Assembly (NCBI RefSeq): GCF_006345805.1
Contig: NC_043007.1
Coordinates: 56,668,001-56,732,000, forward strand
Length of the DNA: 64,000 nucleotides
Origin: Octopus sinensis
Taxonomy: Eukaryota
Direction: 5' to 3'
Shown here: in pieces, positions 24,386-38,269 of the stretch
How the letters are laid out: each line of letters begins with the position of its first letter
How positions within the stretch are numbered: position 1 is the stretch's first letter
Notes under the pieces: model-generated
The model's database searches: none
Told to the model about the DNA's origin: nothing
Seen by the model: only the letters and a program-made list of their open reading frames with translations
Position numbers and translations under genes: made by a program

Positions 24386-25747
24386 ACATACATACATACA
24401 TACATACATACATACATACATACATACATACATACATACGTACGTACGTACATACATAGAAGGATATGCTAATTTCGAACCTAATTCAGTGTCTTTATTA
24501 TAAAGATACCTTAATTCGAATGAATCCTACTAATGTGTATATATATGAATACATACACACACACTCAAGCACACACACATGTACATACATACATACATAC
24601 ATACATACATACATACATACATACATACATACATACATACATACATACATACATACATACATACATACGTATATACATATATGCATATATATACATATAC
24701 ATATATATACATACACTAAGGTCATAAATTAGATTTCTCCACAACATACATCATTAACACCCTCATCCTTTGACTCCGGACAATTGTCTAGTTATCTAAT
24801 AGATCTTTTCGCTTTAAGTTGTCGCTGACTAATATCACTGTCTGATCAAATACATCGGACGAATTTTGGTATACTGACTGACATACCGCCAGCTTACGAC
24901 TGGATATATCGTTTTACTATATGCAGCGTTGCCCACTGTATCTTCTTTTTTTCTTCTTCTTCATTCTCCCCCCTCCCTTCTTTTCTTTCGCCTTCTTCTA
25001 TTCGATTTCTTTCCCATCCTTCACTTTCTACTTCCTATCATCCTATCATTATACGTATCCACCCTCCTGATTCTATCCCCCACAGTTTTCTTTCCCGCAG
25101 ACTCATACCGCATACATACTTTTAATTTTTTTCTTTTTTTATTTTCTCCTGGTACTTTCCTAACAACAAGGTCTGGTAGACGCACAATGTAACAGCCCGC
25201 CTTTGATGGAAGTCTCCATTGCCTAAAACCGCAAATATTACGTAATTTTTCTTTTAGAATTTTCGCGTAAACTGGCATTGCAAAAGGAGATGGAACGGAA
25301 ACATATGTAAAAGACGTGTTAAAGAATTTTCTTTGTCTTCTCTTTATATATATATGTATATATATATATGCGCGTGCGTGTGTGTGCGTGCGTGCGTGTA
25401 TGCATAATGTATATATGTTTGCATGTATATGTATGTATATATATATATATATATTATATATATATATATATAGGGACTTTATACATATATACATACGCAT
25501 ATACATACATATACTTGTGTGTGCGTGTTGTGTGTGTATGTGTGTGTGCGTTTGTGCGTATGTGTGTCTGTGCTAATCCCCCCACCATCGTTTGACAACA
25601 TATGTTGCTGTGTTTACGGTACTGAAAACTATTAGTTCGGCGAAACCGACCGATAAAATAAGTACTGAATAAGTTCTGGGGTCGATTCGTTCGACTAAAG
25701 GCAGTGCTCCAGCATGGCCGCGGTCAAAATGACTGAAACAAGTAAAA

Positions 25748-25799
<52 letters not shown>

Positions 25800-27460
25800 T
25801 TTTATAAAAGTATATATATATACTTTTATTTATATATGCATGTGTGTATATAAATATATATATGAATTCATATATACATTCATATGTTGAGAGGGAAAAG
25901 TGCGGAGATGGAAGGTTGGAAACTGAAGACCAGCGAGGAAGAAGGGGCATTAAGTGAGACATATTGAAATAGAGCTGTAAATTGCTTCTTAAAGTAATTT
26001 GAATGGATATCGGGAAGAAGACATTGCCTGGTTGAACGGTTTAAGTCTTTGTTAAGATGATTAGCAGCTTATACTGACTAATATACTCAACAATAGAGAA
26101 TTGGCCCTCAAGTCGCGAACTCGGTGTGTCAGAAGCCAAGCTTTATTTTGCAGCAATTGTCAATGTACAGTTATTAATTGTTTGCTCACAAGGGACACAT
26201 AAGCTCAGGTTAAGAGAAGGAGAAGTGAGACTGTATGACATTCATGCCGTTCTCAAGAGCATTTGCAACATAAGTGGCTCTTCGGCCGGAAATCGGAATT
26301 AGGTCGTGGATCCGGCTGGACGGAAGCTTGTCGTTTGCTTCCTTAGCGGAGTTCACAATTCACTGGACATTATTAATTATCAAACCGAACGGAAAAAAGA
26401 AAAGAAAAGAAATAGAAAATGAAAACAGATAAAATAATAAGCTAAAAACAACGAATATCCATAAATCAAGCCCCACGAAGTGCATGCTAAAAGATTCGCT
26501 GTTATATTCTATCCTCATATGGTCTTCCTTTATCCCTAAATAAAACAAATATCACAAGAGAGAAAGAAAAAAAGGAGATTCAGTCGCTAATTAGTGTTTG
26601 ACTTTCTAAATATGGAGACTTTTTTCATATTATTTACAACCTATGGAACGGCGTAGGAAAGGGTAATATAAAGAGGCTGAAGAACCCTTAAAGGATTTTT
26701 TTGGTTTGCTTTTTTTTTATTTAAGGAAATATACCCTATCCCTTCTAGGTTCTTTTGTTCGTTACCATTGTCTTCCGCAGTAGGCGATACAGAATGCTAT
26801 CTTGACGGACGTATATTTGCACCTAGTCCGGCGATGTGATCTTGTTCACATCAAACTTTGTTCTAGTAGCGTCGCCACATTTGCCATAAGCATCTTATAA
26901 GGAGGAATGGGGGAAATATATGGAAGCTTCTTGCAGTGATGACTATAAACAAAACTGATTGATCCAACAGTAAACAGTTTACATCCGACTCGATCTCTCT
27001 CAAGATGTTGAAGATATTCCACCTGCAGTAGAATTAACACAAATTTGTTAAGTATATTTTTATTACAACTAATTGTTTGTCAGTTTTAAACAGCATGAAA
27101 CAAATACTGATTGTTGCTGCGTTTGTTGCCCCCCCCCCCTCAACATGGGTCAAACAGATCTATGATCAAAAGCCTTCTAACCGTGACCATCCATCTTTTC
27201 AGATTACATTTTCTAGAGCAATGACTCTCAAACGTTGTGTTTCTAGGAGTCTATAGGTGTGGTGTGGAATTTGAAAAATATAATTTAATGGTGTAGAAAA
27301 TCCATTCTTCTAATGTTTGTTTGTCTTAAAAAACCGTGTTATTTAGAATTTTATTTATACATATGATTAGTATTAAAAAAAACTCGTAGGCAATAGTTTG
27401 TCTTTTCTCGTTTATAAATTCAAAACAATTTTTGTTTAACTCCATGTGATATGCACCAAT

Positions 27461-27556
<96 letters not shown>

Positions 27557-27797
27557 CTCATTTCCAATGCGCTAGTAATTTTTTTAATTTAATCTCTAGT
27601 ACTCAAAGACTGAGAAATTTTCAGTTTTTGCGTACTAGTGAATTTCTGGTTAGACTGAGAATTTCTGGTTAGATATATCAAACATATATTTTCAAAGAAT
27701 AGTGTGCTGTGGTTTCAGAGATATTTCACAACTATTTCTAGCATGCCGAGTGACCACAGATAGGTATCCTCATTTGCTCCGAAATAAAGAATAGTTT

Positions 27798-28306
27798 ATT
27801 ACATGGAAAAATGCAAGCATGAAAAGTAATATTCTTAGGATTATAAATCTGGAAAAGTACAGGACTAGTTATTACACCTGTAAAAGTTTAGGACAAGCTA
27901 TTACTTCTAGTAAAGTAAAGAATAAGAAACTTTTTACTTAAAATATTGCTGCAAAGAATGCCAGTTCTTCTAATTTATCACTCTTTACAGTTTTCATCTT
28001 TTAAATTTATTGTACAAAACTGTTCAACTAATTTGTAAGTTTGTCTAATTAGTCACTTTTTTCTGTATTTAAGGTAGTAAATTCTACTTAAACAAGTACA
28101 GTGTTATTTGTAAACTATAATAAAATAAGTTTTAATCTTCAAATTTTAATTTTAGCTGCAATATTTTAGGTAAAAAGTTTATTCTTTACTTTACTAGAAG
28201 TAATAGCTTGTCCTATACTTTTACAGTTGTAATAACTTGTCCTGTACTTTTACAGGTTTATAATCTTAAGAATTTTACTTTTCATGCTCGCATCTTTCCA
28301 TGTAAT
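27798..28306. mobile_element. Foldback/MITE with ~160-bp TIRs
   Basis: attacatggaaaaatgcaagcatgaaaag...aatattgc (27798-27950) pairs with gcaatatt...ttttcatgctcgcatctttccatgtaat (28158-28306). Confidence 0.75.
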
Positions 28307-29046
28307 CCATAATTTTTCCAGGCATTGCTGGTATAAGATAATTAATAATGTGTCAATTAATAATTAAGATTTTACCTTATAAAATACTGAAAGATGATAT
28401 TTCAATTTTTTTCATCTTTAATTTAAATATATGTTGTGACTGAATTATTTGGCATGATCCATCCGCACCAAATTAATGGCAGGGATTTTTACCATGTTGT
28501 TGGTTGCACCATGGCTCACCAAAAGTTACAAACAACAAGACTCCAAAACCATCAGTTACCAGGCTCACCTTAAGTAACCTAATTTTGCAATATTAGGAGT
28601 TCACAGGATTTCATTCAACGAAAAAATTTCCAATGGTTCCGGGTTAGGGTGGGGGGCCCTACCTCACTTTTCGAACCAAAATAAGGGATTTGCAGCATAT
28701 TAGGAGGTCAGGGTACTTGATTCTATGCAAAAAATTTTATTTGGGGGTTCTTTTCTTAGTGAAAATCGTGCGGGCGTTAATATAGAAATTGACCATAATT
28801 TTGTTGTTATTTGGCCTCAAATCAACCCTGATACTGCAAACCGATCATCAAAGACATTCCAGCCTCAGCAAACCGTCTTTTTAGAGATAATCTAGGACAG
28901 TACATACAATGGGCGTGTGATTTAGGTAGAGGAATACTTTGGCTGCTACTTTTAGCGTGTCGAACGACCAGGTAGAGGCTCTTTCAATGGTTCGATTGCG
29001 TGATGAGATTTTTTTGCACATATATGTAATACGTATATATATATAT

Positions 29047-29243
29047 CATGATAGATCGGTAGCCACTACACACACTTTTTTCTCTCCGTGTTTCTCTCCT
29101 TGTTTTTTCTGTGTCCCTTTCTGTAGAAGAGCGTAGGCTCAAAACGTAAAAGACTTTTTCAATTCCTGAGCGTTATACTAATACATATGTTTGTTTTGTA
29201 CACCACCTGTCTTCGTCTTTTGTTTTTTTCGTGAACTCTCCCT
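29047..29243 (+). mobile_element. ~200-bp TA-anchored element (family E2) with a minimal hammerhead-like motif at 29117-29152
   Basis: Homologous to 52103-52300 and to the reverse complement of 44224-44410; 3' end abuts (TA)n. Confidence 0.8.
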
Positions 29244-29254
29244 ATATCTATATC

Positions 29255-29312
<58 letters not shown>

Positions 29313-29633
29313 ATAATATAATAATATATAAATATAAAATATATGCATATATACATACATATATGTACATACCTACATCTATATGTATATATTCATGCAT
29401 ATATGGGTACAGGAGATAAAAAAAACGTTGAACACAATGAGAAACGAAAACATAAAAGCAAAAGCATGACAACGAACTTTTTTCAAACAACGTAAAAACA
29501 GAGTACAAGAGATACAAAAAGAATATTCCCCTTCTTAATATATAAATATGCATATATTTATATATTATTTATATTAGTATATGATTGACCGCCACGCATC
29601 CTTTTGCAAGTATATATATAATATATATATATA

Positions 29634-29958
29634 ATTTCAACAATTGAGGGTAAAATTAATTAATTATTAATCAATTTCACCAAGTATTCAGTATGTAAAG
29701 GGACCATTATAGGCGAATTCAAAATATTACATTATATATAAGGGCTTAGTAAAATAAATTACTTTGCCACATACTGAACTCATTAGAAATAGCAGCTAAA
29801 GAAATTTCTTCAGCTATTTCTAATACTTAAAGAAGATCTCTCTGAGAGAGATCTTCTTTAAGTATTAGAAATAGCTGAAGAAATTTCTTTAGCTGCTATT
29901 TCTAATGAGTTCAGTATGTGGCAAAGTAATTTATTTTACTAAGCCCTTATATATAATG

Positions 29959-29967
<9 letters not shown>
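29634..29967. mobile_element. Fold-back terminal fragment of the 595-bp-related family; near-perfect palindrome with ~122-bp arms centred on 29844
   Basis: 29723-29843 pairs with 29845-29967 apart from one TA indel; (TA)n on both flanks. Confidence 0.9.
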
Positions 29968-29999
<32 letters not shown>

Positions 30000-31483
30000 T
30001 CGACAGAAGTTACAGAGTAAGTCAAAAGCTGAGGGTTTCGTGTATTGGCACTTATCAAACACAAATTTGTCCATTGTCACTCTGTAACTTCTGACGAAAT
30101 AGCTTCTAAAATACAAAATTTTGTCAAAAACGTTAAGAGTAAACCCTGTTTTAAATGACACATTCTATCAGTAACGGAAGTTTGAAAGTGTTTAGTTAGA
30201 AAAAAATTAAATAATCTGTACGTCTAGTTGAATAGATCCGAAATAGATGAAAGGCAAAGTCGATCTCGGGGTGAATTTGTACTCAGAATGTAAATACAAA
30301 CGAAATACCGATTCTAAAATACAAAATTTTGTCAACTGTTCTATGTGACACATTCTACCAGTATCGGAAGTTTGAAAGTGTTTAGTTAAAAAAGAGCAAT
30401 AGTTAAATAATCTATACGTCAAATTCGACCTGAGTGAAATTTGAACTCAGAACGTAAAGACAGACGAAGCATTTCGCCAACACATCTGCCAGCTCGCCGA
30501 CGTACAACATAAGCATTCATTTTAGAAATATATTCTTTATTCTTATTCTTATTACTTAAGCGTTACTCCATTACTTATTTACATTAAATTTCGTAACATT
30601 TTACCTCATAACTCTTTTTCTACTCATTTTTGTTCAATGCGACTAGCGATTCTGAATTCCTCATGCATTTTCTTTCATTTAAGTCTAAGAAAAGTGTACT
30701 TTTAATTTAAAATTTAAAAAATTATGTTAATTGAAGATGAATATCTGCCACCCTTGAAGTCACAGATATTTTGATGTAACTTTTTTTTCTTCTGAACCAA
30801 ATCTCAAACTATTTATGCCAAAGTGTAGCTTTAAAACAATTAACAGTTTGCAATTTAGTTGAGAACTGAATTAGTGGTATAGCTTGGAAGCTGCTGCGAT
30901 TGACGAAATTGTGGACTTAAGAATATTTTCAACCACTACCGTAGTTGAATGATATAATGAAATATTTGAAAACTTATGAGAAGGAATATAGAGAGATACT
31001 GAGTGATATTTTAGCATTGCTCATGGATTTTCAGAATGATTGAAATGAAGTGATTTCAGCTCTTTGCATAAGATACAATAGCATACATGTTACGATGACA
31101 GATCGAATATTGGAAAGGGCAGGGTGAGAGTTTTACACAAACTACACTTGAAAGTGCAACAGAAAGAAGAAAAGACCGAGAGAAATCAGAATAACACGAG
31201 AAATAAAGACATATCAGGATGGGATGGTGGAAGAGACATAAAGAAGTAAATTGAGAGAGTGGTAAACGAGTAGATAGTTAAATATACACCCACAATGGTA
31301 AATGTAAAGACTGATATTTAGAGAGAAGCGAAACAGAGATGTTTACATAGGTGTGCATGTGTAAATGTGGGTAAATGAAAAAAAAAAACGGAGAGTAAAA
31401 GGCTATCTGCTTGTATGTTTACATATATATTACATGTATTTAATGTAGACATATATGTGTGTGTGTGTGTGTATACACACACA

Positions 31484-31518
<35 letters not shown>

Positions 31519-31719
31519 ACACACACACACACACACACACTCGCACGTACACATGGAAGCACTTATAATCTCGGATAAAATAACCAGTTTTTATTATCGG
31601 AAAGGAATTGTCCAAACCTGATCTCAATAAGCGGCTTTTTGTGTGAATGTGTATGAATTATGGGAAGAGAGGGGGAGAGAAAGAGAGATAAAAAGAAGAC
31701 GGTAGATAGATAGATAAAC

Positions 31720-31793
<74 letters not shown>

Positions 31794-32573
31794 GTAGATA
31801 GATAGATGAATGGATGGATGGATAGATAAATGTATGTATGTTGAATGATTTTGGAGAGAGAAGGTGATGGGTTGAGAAGGCGGCTAATATGATGAGAAAT
31901 TGAGAAAGAGGAGAGTAAAGAAAAGGAGAAAGAGAAAGAATGAGAAGGATAGAAGGGAGAGGGAGAGATAGAAAAACATTAATGCGGAAGTGATTAATAG
32001 GAGAATTAGTTTTCAGTAATTTACAGAAGTGACAAGGAAGCGGTGGTGAGAAACGAACCTTGATGTTTAGGATAGAAGGAAAATGGAAAAGTGGGCGTTA
32101 CTTAAAGGCCAAACACTCAGAGGTAAAGGAAGAAAGAGGAATGAAAGAATATAGAGAAGGCGGAATCGAAAAGAGGAACGACGGAGAAAAAAGTAAAGAA
32201 AATACAAAAGAAAATGTTTTATCTATCGTTCGATTTTTTTTTTCTCTTTTTTGAAAGAGAAAAATAGGAAAGTATCAGAAAATAGATGAATGAAAAAATA
32301 TATGAGACGAAAATTACTTCATCATTGATTGTATAGTATGAATATATGTATATATGTGCATGTGAGTGTATGTATGTATATGTGTTTGTGTGTGTGTGCG
32401 CATACATTTGCGGATGTTCTTGTTTACGCGCGCGCATACGTGTATTGAAACATAAATGTGTATGTAATGTACGTATTTTACTTTTTCATTAACTTGTTTC
32501 ACTTTGACTGCGACTTTGCTGGAGCACCGTATATACATATATATGTTTGTGTGTGTGTGTATGTATGTATGTA

Positions 32574-32611
<38 letters not shown>

Positions 32612-34320
32612 TACATACATACAGATAGATATATACATACATACAGATAGATATATATATTCATACATACATACATATAGATAGATATAACTTGATTTCT
32701 ACTAGTATAGCACTGCTTTAAGTAGATAACTAAGAGTTCTCACTTTACAGTTATCTTTATCTTTTTCCTTATATCTGCATCAGTTTTTTGAGAACAGGGA
32801 AATGAATAGTACTTATTCGCTACTTAATTGAGGCTTTATTTAATTTCAACTCACAATTTTTAAATTCTTAATTTTAAATTCTTAATTGTAATATTTAATT
32901 TAATTCCTAACTTAATCTAATTTAAATAGCATAACTCTAATAAATATAATTAGTTACTGTAGCCCCATAATTCTATTTCATAATTAAATAAATAAGGCTA
33001 TTCCCTCGGTGATAATATGATTATCTTCATTATGATAGGCAATCCCCTAACACCTTGTAAATGATCTTATAAGATTTGACTGTAGTCAGTCAATGTATGA
33101 ATAATAACGACAACTCCTTAAGACAATAAAATGAATAAATTAAATAAGTAAATTTTTAATGACTTTTTGATAAGATTATACTTAGATTTTCCTAATGTAT
33201 TTTCTGGTGATTTAGCATCTGACCCCTAACCCTGACTGTGTTATCTCTTTAGATTCTCTTTAAACTCATAGCTGATTTCAACAGCAATAAATTAACGGTT
33301 TACTGGTCAAAAGAATAATATTCCCCTCTAATTCCTAGATGCCTGTTGATTAAAACCAGACTTACAGTCTACTAGCTCTTTGTATAACTAGAACCCTCTT
33401 TTTTTCTTTTTCTTTTTTCCCTTCTTTCCTTTTCTTTCTCTTTTCTCTTTCTTCTTTTTCTTCTTCTTATTCTCTGTTTCCTTTTCTCTCTTTTAGTCCC
33501 CCTTTCCCCCCCCCTTTTTGCTCCCTCCTCCATTATTTTCTCTCTTCTTCTATTCCCTTCTCTATTCTTGGCCGATCTAGTAAGCCCTTCAGCCTTTAAG
33601 AGTTAAATAGCTACAGCCTCTTGTGAATAGCAGTAATGTGATTAATATGGCAAACACCTAATCATATAACAAGGATTGATACCTACCTCATTGTGTTCAA
33701 CCATTGTAAAATTTATCGCCTGTGAATATGAAATTCATCTCCATTCTCTGGAAATTTACATCTACACCATTGGAATCTGTGCATATATACTAAGGATTAA
33801 TTCACCCTCTCTGTAATGCTAATAAGCAGGAATTGAGACCCACCTCGTGTAATTAACAATGGATAAATTTGTCTTCTGTGAGTATATAATCCCTCATCAT
33901 ATCTATTGAAATTCATATGGATTAGGTCACCTTCTCTGTGATGCTATCAAAACTTTTTTAAAATTCTGTGATAAGACTGTATCATCTTTAAAGAACTTTA
34001 ATGAACTTTAGAAATCTGTTTAATTATCTACATTACTTCATGAGTATAGCCTCAAACACTAGGATGTCTAGAGAACTTACATGTATTTTAGCTGATGAGT
34101 ACGGGACTCGTTTATATGCTGTAATCTTTGCAACTTTTAATAAACCTGTCCTTGTATGAAACGATCGTACTAAAAACCTATCCATTCTGTTGCTTCTTTC
34201 TCGCTTATAATCACCCCACATTACTGTATTGTTAAATCAGTATAGTTTTTTTTTGGTGCATCTAAGTTAGGTACCATATTCAAGTAAATTTTTTTAAATT
34301 AACTTGAATCTTTATTGCTC

Positions 34321-34395
<75 letters not shown>

Positions 34396-34944
34396 CAGGA
34401 TCAGCAAAAATCTGACACATTTGTAGGTTAAATAAAAGGCAAATGAAGTAAAGAAACAAAAAAGTGTTTTTATTTTAAAAAAGTACATATAATGCTATTT
34501 TGTTTCATTATGTTTTAAAAATTAAATCAGTCAAATGGGATCCATTATTGTCCACAACTGTCGAAGGCGTTCACGAAAGTTGTCAATAACTCGGCAGGTC
34601 ATTTCATGTGGAATGGCAGTAATTTCTTGACGAATTGCATCTTAAGTTCTGGCGGTGCGAGGTCGGCCGGTTGATTTTCGTTCAATGCAGATCCAGTAGC
34701 TCTGAAGTTGGTAACCCATAACAAGATCGTGTTTCGAGCTGGTACGGGATCATGTCTACCAAGATTGAAGTGCAAACGGAACGCTCTTTGTGTTGCAGTT
34801 ACAAAATCGTTTGTTTTGATAAACGTTTCCACAATGAAAGCGCGATGCTCACCAGTCCAATTCATGGCAGCAGCAACTGAAAAAGAAACGAAAAACAATG
34901 CCTTTTATTTAACCTACAAATGTGTCAGATCATTTTGCCTGACC

Positions 34945-34947
<3 letters not shown>
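34396..34947 (-). mobile_element. Deletion-derived Tc1/mariner element (DD41D/rosa-like N-terminal HTH) with ~49-bp TIRs and TA flanks
   Basis: TIR core tctgacacatttgtaggttaaataaaaggca at both ends; ORF MNWTGEHRAFIVETF...NTILLWVTNFRATGSAL. Confidence 0.85.
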
Positions 34948-34980
<33 letters not shown>

Positions 34981-35083
34981 TGTATGTTTGCATGCGTATT
35001 AATTATATATATATATATAGCGAGAGAGAGAGAGATAGAGAGAGAGATACATACATACATACATACATACATACATACATACA

Positions 35084-35116
<33 letters not shown>

Positions 35117-35498
35117 CATTTTGTTCCAGTTTTTCAAATTTGGTGTAATTGATTTAGTTTTGTGTGCTAGTTACGGAAAAAATGAAATTTAGTTTTGGTT
35201 TCAACATAGATTAATAAATTTGGGTAATTTAGCCAAAGGAATGTCACAGAGGACATTGGTGCCTGTTTCCATAGTTACAAGCGAAGCTGTTGTCTGTGTG
35301 AATATTCTTTACCTGTGCATTTTTTAAAGCCAAATTTCGACATTTTCACTTCTGTTTTTTTGTTTTTGTATAGTTCTGAGAAACGGATATTTTCGATTGT
35401 TGTTCTGTCATTACCTCATTTTTATAATTTTCAACATTTTTTTTTACCTTTCCCTCCTAAATAGAAGTATGACCTCTGCTTAACTCGTTTAACCTTTC

Positions 35499-38269
35499 TA
35501 GTTAGTTAGTTAGTTAGTTAATTTGGCTCAAAAGCAAACAGCAAGGCCATGTAGGGGGACATTGAGTTAAGTACAGGGTGGTGTTCATGTAAAGAGTTCA
35601 GGCCACTTGAGGTCAAGGGAGGCTTTGAACAAAGCGGTCGTCGGCATCTTCACCATCTCGTCTGGCAGCTTGTTCCACGGATCCGCAACCTGGACGGAGA
35701 AAGCTCCTCTCCTTCGATTGAGATGAAATCGTCGCAGGTAGAGCTTTTCGGAATGACCCCGCAGCCGACGCTCCGGAGCAGGAGTGAAGAACAGCTCTTT
35801 CGAGAGGTTACACTTCCCGCTTATGATGTTGTGGGCGAGAATGAGATCACCACGGCGGCGGCGGCGTTTTTCAAGAGAATAAAGGTCGAGCGTCCTCAGC
35901 CTTTCTTCGTAGGACAAATTTTTGAGACCATGAACCATGCGGGTAGCCAGCCTCTGGACTCTTTCGAGATGCTGTATGTCTTTGAGAAGATAAGGAGAAG
36001 AGGCTTGAATCCCATACTCCAATATGGGTCTCACCAGCGTGACATAGAGTGGCAGGAATATGGCTGCTGTGAGCATTCCGAATGACCGTCGAATCAAAAA
36101 CAGAATTCCGCGCGCTTTGTTGGCAGCATGGACGCACTGGGCCGAAGGCGAAAAGGAGGAATCTACCAAGATACCCAGGTCCTTTACTTGATCGGTCCTC
36201 TCCAGCAGCAGACGACCGGCTCGAAATCAAGTTGAGTTGCAGGAGTAGAGCCGACAGGCAGATGACAGCACTTTGACACGTTCAGACACAGGTCCCAATC
36301 GTTAGACCACTTCCAAATTTGGTGGAGGCATCGACGAAGATCCTCTATACTACCGCGAGGAGCGACCAGTTTGATATCGTCGGCAAATAGAAGGGTTTGT
36401 TGCGTGAGGTCGTCGGGCAAGTCATTTATGAAGACTAAGAAAACAAGGGCCCAAGCACTGAACCTTGAGGCACGCCACTGCTCGCACTGGAGACGTCGGA
36501 CCGCGAACCATTAACTTGAACTTGGAAGGAGCGATCTGAGAGGAAGGCACCAACCCATCGTACAATATCCGGATGGAAACTATATGCTTGAAGCTTGACA
36601 AGTAGTAGGCGGTGGTTTACCGAGTCAAAAGCTTTGGCAAAGTCCAATAAAACGATGTCAACAGCATCACTATCATCGAGGATGCGCGTCACCAATTCTT
36701 CCATTACTAGTAAGTTGGTCAAGCATGATCTCTTCGGCACGAAGCCGTGTTGGGAATCAGTGATCGAGGCTGTGTTTAGGAGGTGGAGCATCATACTTTT
36801 CTTAAGGATGGTTTCGAACATCTTGCTGATTATTGATGTAAGGGAAACCGGTCGGTAGTTAAGCGGGTCTTCGCGGCTCCCTTTCTTGAAAATTGGGCAG
36901 ATTATCGCTGTTCTCCAGTCTGCAGGTATAACACCCGTCGCCAATGACATATTGAATAGTCGTGTTAAGGGCTCGCAGATGACCGGAGCCAACGCTTTGA
37001 TAACCCGTGGGTGTATGCGTCAGGGCCGTGACCCTTGTTGACATCGAGGCCTTGAATAACACACTTGACTTCGTCCCGCGTGATGATCAATCGAAGCATT
37101 GGAGGTACCGATCTATCAAATGGAGGGGGTCACGACCATCATCTTGTTTGAAAATAGTTGAAAAAGCCTCAGCAAATAATTGACTCTGTTGATAAGGGTC
37201 CTCAATCGATACGCCTGTTGAGTCTACCAACGTTGCAATCTGGTTGTTCAAGCGGGAATTCCGCTGGACATGGGCAAAGAAGGTTTTTGGATTGCTACTG
37301 GCATTGCCGCGATTTTGTATTCATAACTGAAGCGTTCTTTCTTTTCAATTTTCACGGCTCGGTCTCGTTGAGTTTTGTACACCTCAAAAGCTGCAGTCGA
37401 ATCCAGATTTTTGAATTCAGCCCAAGCAATATCTCTGAGTCGACGTTCTCGTTTAACCTTCTTCGTCACCCAGGGCTTTTGTTTCTTCCTCTTGGGAAGC
37501 CCAACGGGAACTGCCTGGTCAGTCAAACAGATTACATATGCTTTGAGGGATGACCATAGTTCGTCAATTGAGGACAACGTCATCAGGGATCGCCAGTCCA
37601 GAAGCGCGGAAGCCTCGGTTAGAATTTCAAGATTAATTGCAGAGAAGACTCTACGTGGCAGCGAAGTAATCGTGGGCGTGGAAAAATTTGTGTGCATGAC
37701 GAACTTCAGGACCGCATGATCACTCTTGGCAAGAGGGGCGCACACAGATACGTCTAACACTGATCTTGGATAGCGGGAGAATACCAGATCTAGCATAGAT
37801 GGCCGCTGCCCAGACCGATGCCTAGTCGGATATTCAACATGTTGCGATAGAAAACAATCTTCAGCCACGTCAAGAAGGGCCTGGCCGAACCGGGAAGATG
37901 TTGTACAACTTGATGCGGGCCAATCGATCGTGGGAGCGTTGAAGTCGCCTAGTACCAAGCAGTCATGCGAAGCTGAAACGAATCTTATCGCTTCGAGTAG
38001 ATGAGCATCGTCCTGGGGGTCGGCTAGAGGCGGCCTGTAGACAGCCAACACGGGCAGGCAAAACTCAGATAGGCTCAGCTTGCAATAGACGGCATCGAAT
38101 TTGGTTGTAGGTTGAGCATTTGTGGGTAGAATACCGCAGGACGGTTTGTGCTCAAACTTAACATACACAGCAACACCTCCACCTCGCCTTTTTCCTCTGT
38201 CACATCTGAAAAGGACGTAGCCCTGCAGGTGGATTTCTGAGTCCTTTACTGCTGGAGTCAGCCAAGTCT
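35499..38269 (-). mobile_element. CR1/L2-type LINE ORF2 (APE endonuclease + reverse transcriptase), 5'-truncated, frameshifted, with (AACT)n 3' tail
   Basis: ETWL, VYRPP, GDFNAP, LDLVF, YRPVSLTS, QHGF, DFAKAFDSV, GVPQGSVLGP and LFADD motifs across ORFs 37248-38168, 36435-36992, 36184-36420 and 35585-36169. Tail (tagt)n at 35499-35520. Confidence 0.95.

Noticed and set aside
26200-27050. CpG-richer unique region with a protein-like frame (QDVEDIPPAVELTQIC) as a gene exon
   Set aside because: In-frame stop immediately upstream, weak acceptor and no recognisable domain.
30008-30095. 15-bp stem followed by CTGACGA
   Set aside because: The core overlaps the stem, and no helix II, GAAA or NUH arrangement is consistent.
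34088-34112. CTGATGAgtacgggactc as a hammerhead
   Set aside because: Followed by GTTT, not GAAA; no helix III.
32700-34300. AT-rich segment between microsatellites as a decayed Penelope ORF
   Set aside because: No RT or GIY-YIG motifs could be read; needs a profile search.
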